The translations under genes were made by a program, and so were the position numbers. The notes beneath the pieces were generated by a model, which searched no databases, had not been told where the DNA came from, and worked only from the letters and a program-made list of their open reading frames with translations. A stretch of 63,091 nucleotides of DNA, the filler included, from Platydemus manokwari (Eukaryota): the NCBI GenBank assembly GCA_037951405.1. It is 6 parts of 6 records of this genome, joined end to end, with 100 filler letters (N's around TTAATTAATTAA, not from the genome) between each part and the next. Parts side by side here need not be neighbours in the genome. Positions count along the whole stretch, not along the records: positions 1 to 9,003 come from JBBMOY011292762.1; positions 9,104 to 18,209 come from JBBMOY011298983.1; 4 more parts are not named here. The stretch is one strand, 5' to 3'. The number at the start of each line of letters is the position of its first letter. Positions within the stretch are counted from its first letter, which is position 1. Positions 1-11,997 of the stretch are shown one piece after another.

Positions 1-44
1 TCATTATTATTGTTATTATTATTATTATTATTCTTGATATTATT

Positions 45-223
45 NNNNNNNNNNNNNNNNNNNNNNNNNNNNNNNNNNNNNNNNNNNNNNNNNNNNNNNN
101 NNNNNNNNNNNNNNNNNNNNNNNNNNNNNNNNNNNNNNNNNNNNNNNNNNNNNNNNNNNNNNNNNNNNNNNNNNNNNNNNNNNNNNNNNNNNNNNNNNNN
201 NNNNNNNNNNNNNNNNNNNNNNN
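45..223. other. Assembly gap (N run) flanked by TTA-rich low-complexity sequence
   Basis: 179 consecutive Ns; TTA microsatellite-like sequence on both sides. Confidence 0.98.
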
Positions 224-3200
224 TTATGAAATTATTATTAATAATTTTTATATAAATTATGTTGAACATGTGACTAAATTTAAAGCACCAGACTAGCAAT
301 GAATAAAATAAAAAAATTTAAAAAATTCTCTCTTCAAAATTTTGTAAATCTTATTTCTCAAATATATTTTAGTGAAATACTTAAATTCTGATCAAATGCA
401 AAGTTTTAATATAATAGCCGCAGCTTATTTGGCGATCATGTACAACGAAAGATCAATCCAAAGATCAAATATCGAAGATTTCATTGAAAACTATCGACGA
501 AATTTCGAAATCTTCAGGATTTCCGAACATATATGAAATTAAATGATAATCAATATTTGACAAGAATTTGATTACCGAATTTGAAACATGAAGATAAATT
601 ACGAACGGCTTTTGCATGGAATTTTTGCAGATATTTTTTATAAAGAAAGAACAATTCGTTCAACACACCCGGATGCACAAATATATCAAAAAAAGTATTG
701 ACTGAGTTTTTTTTGGTTAAGAAACTAAATAAAAAAATCAGAGAATGAGACCTCCCTCATTTGTTACAAAACATAATTATCGATTAAAAAGATAATATCA
801 TTAAAATACTTAAATTCTTATTGATTGCAAAATTTTAATGGGACTTCAGTGACTAAAGGTTATCAGCATCTCTTTATTGATATCTAAATCTAATTATCAA
901 TAATAATGTTACTGTTATTTTTATTATCAAGATTGGAATTAATCCGGAATTTCACCATACTCTCTTGATATATAATTTCAAGATCAATATTTTATGGCAA
1001 GGAACTAAATAATTTCATATTTTTATCTGACATTTAGTCTTTTGTTGAATCAGTTAATGTTTTATTGATGAATAATATATTTGAGTCACGACAGTCCGTT
1101 GCTAATGGAAACTGCAATGAGAAAATCTAACAAGATATTTGTAAAATTATCAAATATTCCATGCAATCACGTTTCAAATTTCAAGCAGGCAGTGATAATT
1201 TCATCAGCAAGTTCCAGACAGATGTGAATTTCTACTTTATTGGTAAAGAAAATCTAAATCTCTGATTATCAGTATGGTTTGGAGATGAAACATCATTGTT
1301 GATTTCATTTCAGAATCCAAATCATTATCAATCCAGACATCACACGCTGCTATAAATAAAATCATTCTCTGTTTGTGATTATCATTGATTTTGTAGTTGG
1401 TCTGCCAGCCAGAATTTTGATAACAACTCGATTTTATTTGGTTACGATAATTATACGGTGCAATATCTGAGCTCCGTGTGGTAATATTATTTTGAAATTT
1501 GTTAACATTTATTTCATTCGATTACTGTCTGGAATAAACAACTAGAACTCGAACAAATACTAAATTTACAAAGTTTCTTTATGGAATAAAGCATAAACAT
1601 CGACTTACATGTCGTCATGTTATATGTATTGGAGAAGTGTCATAGCTAATAATTCAGAATTATTTTCAAAAACCTAAACCTTTACACATTAATTTGAATT
1701 CAGTTTCGATTTTATAATGAATTGCAAAATATTTATCGATAATTTTATTTATTAATATCGACCAGATTCAATGATACTAAGTGTTTTATTTGGACTTCAA
1801 CTTCTATATTTTGTAATTGATGATATAAATGAGGAACTTCTTCTCGTCAATGGGGTTGTATTATTGATTATAAATAAAATTTTAAAAAAATTGAAAAATT
1901 TAAATCGAAATTTGCTGGCCAAGATACCCATAGAAGATCATAAAATCGTGTTGTTTCTGGCGTGGTTAAAGACCTCGTAGTTGTCGTACAGTAAAAATTC
2001 TGTAACTGAAAGTACATGTGTCTAGTAAGGGTGATACAAAGTGATTTCAAAATCCGTCATGAAATTATCTGGCAAATGGTTTATAGAGTTATTTTCAATG
2101 AGATATCTTTCAATATGGATGTTAACGTTTTGCCTTATACTGATTACTTTTGATGTCCCTTTGCTTCTACTTTTTGATAAATTCTTTAAATTATATTTGA
2201 TCTCGAAGATTTTCATCTCAATAATAAATGATAGAATTCGAGATCGATATTCTTCTTGTTTGTGATTTTGGTACAATTTTTTATTCAATGATTTTTCTTT
2301 GGCTGGAAGATATTGTGAACTCCAAAGAAACTTGGAAAACTTTAATTTTAAACGTTTATCTCATTTTTTTATTATTCTTTTAAACAATATATAAGTAAAT
2401 TTATACAACATTTTTTATCCAATAGAATTATATTTAAATCAAATAAATTATTTATAAAATTAAGATGAATGATAAATTCGAATCTAGTTTCAAACATATA
2501 TTGTAAATATTCTATTATTCTGCTTTACCCCATTATGTCAGTATTCAATCCATATAAATATTCAACAGAATCACAACAATGAGTCTTCATTCGATAATAT
2601 TATCGATGATGATGATTATGATTATGATTATAGAAATATTACCTATGATAACAATCCATATGTTATGCATGAGAAGATGCTGACAAACGATGATGATTAT
2701 GACGGCACCAATAAATGTGTTCCACAACAACAATGTTATCAAAAATCAAATGAATCAGTTGAGAAATCTAATCACAGCGGTGGCATGACTTAAGATATTC
2801 AGTTTCGAAATACAGATAAAGATGAACATATTATTGAGAAATTTGTCATTGAAACTCAGAAACGATGTCAAGGTCTTCCCAGAAAGAAGTTGATCCGAAT
2901 AGAAACACTCATCAAAAACCATCATAAAGAGATAGGTTGCCATAAAATCATTTCAAAAATCGACTAGGAAAGTGGTTTATGCATATCTGCAGCTTGGTAA
3001 GGCAGGACAAAATAATATTCAAGAAAAGACAGAAACAAAGTCAAAAAAAGTTATGTTAGAAGAAAAGTGAAAGAAGAGAAAAATCATAAAACTACATACG
3101 AAGTTAATAATGAAAATAAAATGAAAGAAGAAGAAAATAAAAGGAATAAGAAAAAAAGGTTTGTAGATATTGATAAATTGGAAGCGTTGAATAAAGTAGA

Positions 3201-3290
3201 TTTTAATATTTGTAACGAATGTATGTAGTGGCTAATGCCATAATTTTATTTAACTTAGTATCATCAGAATTCCATAATCAGTAACATATA

Positions 3291-3860
3291 TAGGGCCGCT
3301 GATAGTCGATGAAATCTCATCAAAATCTTAACAAAATACAATTTAAAACATTTATTTGTGAAAATCGCATAGGCAATTATTTTAAAAGTGTTAGCAAACC
3401 ATAACAGAGCCTAAACATAGCCACCATCAGCCTTAATGACGCTCTGGAGGTGACGTGTAAAATTTTGAAACTCGCTTGTAAGCTTGGCCTCCGATGTTCA
3501 CTCCGAATATTGACGATTCATGAGGTTGGCTTCGGGTAAGTAGGCCATCTGCTTTAATAGAGATACACGATGTTGTTCAAGCGAAAGTCGAATTAATTGT
3601 GCTGTGTGAGTTCTGGCATTGTCATGCTGAATTACTATTTCCCAAGCAGGCAGTCTTGTTTGAAAGTTTAATATCATATTTTGCAGGAATTGTAGATATC
3701 TCTCAGCGTTGATGGAAGAATTTCGAAATACGTTAGTGATTTTGCATAGTTGCTGGTGACAATAATCAAAACTTTGCGATCAGATATTATCTGCCTAGCA
3801 ATAATTGGGCTATTACCAGTGCCATCCATCCAAACACGGTTGCATTCTTTTGGAGGTACG
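3291..3860 (-). mobile_element. Mariner (Tc1/mariner) transposon 3' fragment, decayed
   Basis: Minus-strand translation gives SINAERYLQFLQNMILNFQTRLPAWEIVIQHDNARTH (second catalytic D motif HDNA). DNA is clearly homologous to 45438-45900 (e.g. cgtacctccaaaagaatgcaaccgt, aatatctgatcgcaaagtt). Ends at TA|TAGGG, like the left end of the 44797 copy. Confidence 0.85.
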
Positions 3861-4124
3861 TCTATATGGTGGCTAGTGCTACATTTTTATTTGTATAATT
3901 TTTGGTTATAATCTTTTAAACTTAGTATTATCAGTATTACGTAATGAGTAGTATATACATATAACTTATCAATATTTTGTATTAAAGTATTAATAATAAT
4001 ATATAAGTAAAAATATAATAATAAAGCGTATAATTATCATGGTGCGGCCTAACTCTTGATATTAATTTTATTTTTTTAAATTTTATTAGACAATTTGATT
4101 TTCTTAATCTTAAATTGTTTCTAG

Positions 4125-4490
4125 GTGATCCACCGATTGTACAACACCAATCAAGTTACAGTATCAATCGAAGTTCGAGTATCAATCGTGCCGGTAATAG
4201 ATATCAGATTAATTCTAGTTTAGATATCGTTTCCAGTTCGACACCAAATGATGAGTAGGTGATTTGATTTTTCTATTATCATTATTGTGGATATCATTTC
4301 ATTGATTTGTCTTTATTTTATAAGCTGGTTGCATTGTCGAGTATCGAATGTCGATCAGGGATCTGAAAACAACCCCATTCAGCGATCGGATGTATATCGC
4401 AGTGAAAGTCAAATCGGAACCGATGAATTACCAGAACAGGGAATCACTCGAAATTTGATTGGATTATTCAGATCTATGCAAGCAAAATGA
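4125..4490 (+). CDS. Last two exons (4125-4254, 4325-4490) of an unidentified protein gene; C-terminus resembles invertebrate LIM/Xin-related actin-binding repeat proteins
   Basis: ctag|GT acceptor; 70-bp GT-AG intron with compatible phase; translation ...GSENNPIQRSDVYRSESQIGTDELPEQGITRNLIGLFRSMQAK*. Family call is from recalled motif similarity only. Confidence 0.55.
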
Positions 4491-7400
4491 TAACACGTTA
4501 GAAATATTTTTACCCCGTGTTGATAGAGCAGATAAATTTCTCCAGAGCTCGTAAATTATGAGAAATTTTTATTAGAAAAATTGAAATCAAAGTTTTCATA
4601 AAACTTGTTTCGATTCATCTCTCTTCTCTAATCATTGGAGTATTAGATTTCTTTCAGAGAATTCATTCCAAATGAGATTTTTATCTACATATTTATTTAA
4701 TAATCATTATTTCTGTGAATTTTCACAATTTTTTTATTTTCATTTTATTGAAATCAAATATGGACTAATCGATGATTTCTGTCTGTTAAAGATGTTGTTG
4801 GCATTGTGAAAATTTTATAAATTAATATCAAAAATATTATTTATTTAAATAATTGTAGTTAATTATGTAATTTGATGTCGTGACTTTTCAGTTCATTTCT
4901 AAAGTAGGCTTTATAAAATATGATCAGCTTTAAGTCATGAAAATTCCCCCTCCTCGGCACAATTATTTGGAATAAAAATACTGTGATAAATTTATTCGAG
5001 TCCCAAAAATTCCATGAAGATAAAATAAACAAAATTTTCAAAATCGACATAAAATCAATATATCGTTTGCGCAATGAAACCGCACATGAAAATCTCCCAA
5101 GGATGAAAGAGTACCATAAAGTATAACCAAAATCTGTTAAAATATTTAATGAAAGAAATTAGGATAATTGTTATCAAAGGAAAAAGTTGCGAGGATTCGT
5201 GGATAATCACGGTGTTAAGCACTAATTAGAAAAGACATCATGTGAGATAAGTACTGGCATTGAAAATAAAATTGGATTAATAAAGCAAATCGAAAATTAT
5301 AAAATCAATGAGCCAATCATCGCCTAGATGGCATCATTATCGAAGAGGATGATTTTGTGCCATTGGTAAACTTTGAATCAATATCTTATTCATTATCTCT
5401 GAATTTACTTTCTTTACAAAATCAATTTCATAGTTATTGATCGAGTTCTGTTGTTCTAATATTTGTTTATTAGGCTTCGGAGATATTTATTTATAATAAG
5501 CTTCTATAGAATCATAGGTAAAGTTACTGTTAAATTGGGATAAATAGATGAGGCTCTTGTATTTGGTCACTATTGGCCATAATTTGATGATTGAAATTCG
5601 ACCAGACAAATGAGTTATGGATTTCGTTGCAGGTCTCCGTAAGTCTTGTTGGTTAGAAATGAAATACATTATAAAAAGAATAAAATATGTTCTTGAACTT
5701 GATTTGAAAATATAAAGTGGATTGATTGGTCATTCTAGAGACCAGCAATTTAGAATACAAATGTCATGGGCTGTGTGGAGGAACATTTGACTCGAACAAG
5801 AAAGGACTATCTTATGGGTTGACGAGGAAACGTTGCTGCAAATTATTGATAAAGTTATTCAAAATTAATCCTAGGTTTACGAAAGAGATTGGATTAAAAC
5901 ATTTTAATAATGAGGCAAACTATATAATTCTTGTGTACCTCTCGATGATTCTTGGACATGATCTTCAAATTATAAAGAAATATTCAATGGTTATGTACAG
6001 TAATATATATTAATGAATTTATCAATGAACATAGCAAGGATTTTAAAGCCAATTAATTCTTAATAAATATTTATTTACACTTGGAAACATAGATAATCAA
6101 TAATTTGTTTGAATATATCGACCGAATAGATTTTTGTGTGTTGAAGATCTTAAATCATTATCATTATCATTGTATTTACTGAAATATTTGAAATAGAAGT
6201 GCCTTACAAGTGTTCCTGCTTTGTAAAGTGCGAAATAGTAGATTCATTTTTCTGTCTTCAACAAAATTACAAGTCTTGAGATTTTATATTTGTTTAATGA
6301 ATCAAAAAATTTAATTATTTATTTACTTGAATATATTTGTTTTAAATCGTTAGGTTATTGCTCATTTTCAATTTTTTCATTTGGAATTTTTGTTCTCAAT
6401 CTATCTAGTATTTCCCGGAATAATATTCGAGTCTCAAGGGAAATCAAAAATCCAATTTCATCCCATAACCAATTTCAGACAATTAGGTGTACTGATATAA
6501 AATAATTATCATAATATATTAAATATTAAATCAATAATAAAATTTCGATATTTTTCAGGGCCTACTCGATATTTTTGATGTTCAATCGATATTGCAATAC
6601 AACAACACAAATTCCTTGATCTATTATTACAGAATGTAATGTTGACAATAAATTATAAAATCCAACTTGATTTTGTGTGTTATCTTTGTGTTATTTTGGG
6701 ATTTTTCTAATGTGTTTTTTCGTCATTGATTTATTTTCTAAATCAAAAAAAAATATTATTTGTGAAAACTTTTTCTTCATTTAAGCTTGTCGATCCAGGT
6801 TATTTAAGTGTAAAAGAATTGATTTTGAACTATTATTTAGATTATTCTCACAGAAATTACACCGACAAAGCCTCGGTGTTGAACCCACATTCATTTCACT
6901 AACACTTCGACCATGGGCACCACTTTGTGATTGTATTTTGGTTCACTCAAAAACTGGTTTCAGCAAATTGTGATTTCATAATGTTAGTTGAGTTGAAAAT
7001 ATAAAATAGATGTCGAATAGTCATAGTTTTAATTTTCAATATCCGGGAGTCGAGGTCAATAAACTGATAAAGCATTGTTAGAGATACTCGGAAACGATGT
7101 CAAAAAATTGAAGAAATACCAAATTGTTCGGCATAAAGCTTTTTCATTGTGGATTTTATATCAACACTTGATTTGAATTAGATCGAATGGGGAAATGTTC
7201 TAAAAAGAAAGAAATGTATTCGAATAGATAATTTTTTATTTGGAAGATTTGAGGAAAATTTCTGCATAAAATAAATTATCCGCAACTACATAAATAAATG
7301 CAAAGTTTTCGAAAAATTTAAAGCTAATACAGAAAAGATTCGATATTTTACATTGAATTTGAGGCACAACTTCTTGAATAATCTGATTTTTGCAACGAAA

Positions 7401-9003
7401 ATTTCAAGAAACACTCTAATCATTGATTTACTTTACTGATTGGTACTACGATTGGGAAGATATTTTCAAGCTTCAAAAGTATTTCTATTTTTTTAGAAGT
7501 CTCTTTTTGACTTCGTTCCAAAGAGTTCAAAGGATTTAATTGCTGCGTGTTGGATTTTAGACTTTTCTAATAAATTTTGTTGAAAAATTTTATGAATATT
7601 GAAAATATTATTGGTATTCACATTTATCAGATCATTAGCTAGGTTTGATTATTGTATTGATTTTGGATAAGTGGTACGTTTAGGGGTGCTTGTTGAATTT
7701 TATTGTTGAAATTATCACTAACTCTTTCTACATTTTATCAGTCTCTTTCAAATACTGCAAATCTCATGTAGTATTTAAACTTATAATGATATTCCTTCGC
7801 CTCTGCGTCCAGCAAATTGTATGAAGTTAAGGTACCACAATTAATGTTAATCTTAATAAACACCTCTCTTAATTCTTCAGTCTCTATTATATAGTACAAG
7901 TGGTTGATTCCAAAAAGGTCGTGAAATGACAACGAAAAAGACGGCTTGATCAACACTGATATTATGATAGCCAATAACAGTTGCCAAATCAGTAGCAAAA
8001 CAGTTGCTATTATGAAATGTTTATTTTAAATATAAAATTACTATTGCATGTTAGTGATGCAATGTATACACATAAACCACAAATTTTGGATTGCAATTCT
8101 CAGAAATTTATGATTAGTAAGCCTTTTCGTACTATTGAAGAAAGCCAGATAAAGGATTGAGAAGAATATACGAATGTATGTACTTAAACATTATTTTGCT
8201 CTAATTTCCTAAACTGTCGAGAATTGCATAAACATCAAATTTTTTATAACATTTTCAATATTATTTCACATTTACAAAGCACGCTCCCAAAAAGTCATTT
8301 ATAAATGACTTCTACACTTTAATACACAATAATTGTGTGATTGTTATCTCTAATGCCATTTCAAATCGTTAATAGTCATCGAACCATCACATGTATAAAC
8401 TGTTATGATATGTAGTAATGTCGCTTGGGTATCCGGTACCAATTCTATGAAGGACTTTAATAGTTTATATAAAGATAAGACTAAAAAATTTAAAGTTTTA
8501 AATAAATAACTGCTTTTTGTGAACATGTAAAATTTAATTGCTCATCTGTAAACACAACTAACAATATAATACTCCATTCTCTTCATCCATCATTTCCTCA
8601 ATTACTGCATAACGACCCACATGAGTGGTGAATGAAAGAATGTCGAAGCAAAACCTGAATAAATATATTGTCTGTGTTCTGTTAGAAAAATGCAAATTCT
8701 AAGCAATAACACAAACTATTTCCTGTAGCTCTTGCAAATCTGAAATCGAAGTCAAGCGTTTTCTGAGTTGGTGTGTGTCTTTCATAATTCTGCATCGTTA
8801 TTTATACCATTTTTCAGCCTTTTCACATTAAAATCAATCGATTATTAATTTTTAATTTAACCTATTTTTCTTTTAAAATTTACATAATTTATTCTTTTTA
8901 ATAATCATTTTTTGAATCTTTTCTTTCTTATTCTTTTATTTCTTTTATTACTACACAATCATTTATTTAATTATATTTTAAAGTTAATTTATCATTATCA
9001 TTA

Positions 9004-9103
9004 NNNNNNNNNNNNNNNNNNNNNNNNNNNNNNNNNNNNNNNNNNNNTTAATTAATTAANNNNNNNNNNNNNNNNNNNNNNNNNNNNNNNNNNNNNNNNN
9101 NNN
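9004..9103. other. Artificial contig linker N44-TTAATTAATTAA-N44
   Basis: Identical 100-bp structure occurs five times; the 12-mer puts stop codons in all six frames. Confidence 0.97.
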
Positions 9104-11455
9104 AAAAATTCAATGGAAAATAATCCTTTAATTAATCAGCTTGAAAAATTGAAAATTGAAAATTTTATGAATGAAAAAAATCCTTGTATAAGTTCGTTCT
9201 TTGAAAAACAGTTCATACCCAGTTTACAGAACTTTTGATAATGTTATTCATAATGTCAGTAAAATTTAGAAATTAATTTATGTACATGATAAATAATCAA
9301 GTTAAATAAATAAAATTACGATAGTCGAAAAAGAAAATGATTTTTTACCAACAGGGAAAAAGAAAATAATCAAATTGATTATTCAGAATCCCTTTAAGAA
9401 AATAGTATATAAGAAAAAGGAAAAGTTAGAAAATCTCGTACGTAATTTTTTTCGTAAGCCTAGAACAAGAGAATTTGGAACTTTCAGGAATATCTAACGA
9501 AACCAGACGTGCAAAAAATATTTAATTAAAAACCATGGGATCGTATGGTAAATTAAGACATTAAATTAAATCATGTTATAATCTTTATATCAGAACAATG
9601 TAGGTTCAGTATCTAAACATCACTTGGTTGACCCTCTTTCTAGAGTATCGAATTGATCAAACTTTTGATTTTGTCCCGTGGAGTAGTACATTGCTAGTTT
9701 GAATTTCTTTAATAAGGCGATACAATGTGTATGATAATGTGTTTATATTTATTGACCATTTGTAAGAGTGATATTTTTGTTTTACCAGAGAAATATTATA
9801 TTAATCATTATGTTTTGAGTACAAATCAACAAGCTATATTTCATATTGAATAACCCTGTTGGTTAGACTTTGCGATTCAACCAACAGTTATGAACTCATA
9901 TTAACAACAAATATTAAAGGTATAACTCAAACATAAGTTTACAAACTATGCAATATCTAATACAATATTATGCGGCATATTCAAATTGATAATGTAGTTG
10001 AGCCTATTCTGTAATTACTGAACAATTAATTTCTTAGCTTGTTGTCCCCTCGTATTCAATATCATCTTTTCTGATGATTATTTGTCTCCTTTTTATTTTT
10101 TTCTGAGATTGTCTATAGTTAATCTCTATTTCAGTTATTCCGCTGATTTTGTTGTCCATTTGATTTATTTCTGTTTTTAAATTTGTATCTAATGCCCAGA
10201 TTTCGACAAAGTCTAAATATTGTATTATCATCAATTTCGCTTAGATTTTTGGTTAGAATTTTTTTATTGTATATTTTCCTCATTGAGACATTCTTGTCGA
10301 TTTAATTCATTGACCTTTTTAACTTTAGCAGTTTTTCATTTATATCATCCATTGTCCTTCTGTTTTTAATTTTATTTCACATAATTCTCATGGATCTAAG
10401 ATTCCTTCTCAATGTTTATCTCATTTTCCTTTGTAATATTGATTAACCTTTCGTGTTCCCCGGCAGTCTCTGTTAGTAAATGCCTTAGCAGAATAAGCAG
10501 AACAGTCTCCTCGTACACTTAATGAAGACAGGACAAAGAATAAGAGGCAAAGTAGTGAAAAAGATAAACTACATTAAGAAATTACGGGGAGAAATGGAAT
10601 TAAAGTAAAACCATTCAAATGACCGCAAGGCTTTGAAAATTTTCGACTTCTAACTTAGGTGAATTTAGATTTTCTGTTATGATTAATCTCAAAAGTAAAA
10701 ATCGAGAACAACTTTTATCCCTCGAAATAGAAATGCTGATGTGCACTTTAAAAGACAAATTAAAAGTTGAGTTTCGGTGTTTTCCATCTTAAGAATAAGC
10801 TGAACGGATTAGTATTTCGAGACTAACTGTGTTTGCTAATGGTTACAAATATTGCCTTATATTGTTTTCTGATGTACTTGGAAGAATTCTTTTTCTTTTG
10901 GTAAAAGTTTAACAAAAAATTAAGTAACACAAAAAATTTTTGTCAAAAAAAATAAAAGTACTACCTACAAATGTAGGCAGTGCTTTCAATCTAAACTTGA
11001 ACGATATATATTTGAATACTAATCATTGACTTCTATATAATGTCTCCATTATCATTTTGTCTAAAACAGATTTAACCACATCAACGTAAAATCAAATCGA
11101 TCACCAAATCAAAATTTTTATTTAGTGTATTTGAATAATAAGCATTATTAATTCTAATTTATTAATGATTAAAGTATTTAGTTTTATTAATGAATTTTCA
11201 TAATCGTGTAATTTAAAATTCAAATTATTGAAACATTTTTTCAAATAGTTATAATAAAATTTCACTTGAAGCCTGTTTTATTCATGGACAAAACAATTTT
11301 CAAAAAAATAATAGCGTTATGAAAGTATAAAGCTAATAACTTATTTCAAAACATAGCACTTCCAAAAATTCAGCAAAAAAATTATAAATATAATAATAAA
11401 ATGTATGGTTAGAACCACAACATATGACCTGAAAATGAGTGAATCAAAGCAATAT

Positions 11456-11997
11456 TTAACGTAAATTTTCATCACGTAATTTCATTGGTACAATAACAAC
11501 AGGTATTTTCGCATGATGTAAAACATAATTCGAAACTGAGCCTAACAAAACACTCGATAAAACTCCAAGACCACGAGAACCCATAACCACAAGATCAGCC
11601 CGATATCTATCAACAGCCTTTAGAATACTATTTGCTGGTTGACCCCACTTATTAATCCATTTACATGACAATTTATTCTTCTTGCATTCACTCATAAATA
11701 AATTTTCTAAATTTTCAGCTTCCAATTTCAATCTTCATTATATAAAAATCAATCATAATATTTATGATAAATCAAATATAACTTTTTAAGATCTACTTCA
11801 AAATCCATTATATCGAAATCAAGATCACCATCATCAGTTACTGAAAAATTTATTGGGGGCGACATATTATGAAAGAGTATTATGTTATCACTTTTGATCT
11901 CTGGACTATTTTTAATAAACCAAAAAAATGCGTTTTCAGCATTCTTGCTGCCATCAATACCAACTAAAACGTTTTTAGATGTTGAATTTCCCCCCAT
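11456..11997 (-). CDS. Universal stress protein (UspA family), ATP-binding type; exons 11997-11783 and 11732-11456
   Basis: N-terminal NVLVGIDGSKNAENAFFW and C-terminal ADLVVMGSRGLGVLSSVLLGSVSNYVLHHAKIPVVIVP (G-2X-G-9X-GS). A 50-bp GT...AG intron (11733-11782) joins the two ORFs in frame (DLKK|LKLEAEN). Confidence 0.95.

Noticed and set aside
10-255. ORFs spanning N runs (also 39624-39806 and 39811-40011)
   Set aside because: Artefacts of gaps and low-complexity sequence
6850-6960. Minus-strand WCPWSKC thrombospondin-like motif
   Set aside because: Immediately followed by stop codons; no exon structure; likely chance
7738-7998. 86-aa ORF with signal-peptide-like N-terminus
   Set aside because: TTG start, no recognisable domain or splice support
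11456-11997. USP as bacterial contamination, or as a pseudogene split by a stop codon
   Set aside because: A canonical 50-bp spliceosomal intron joins the two halves in frame
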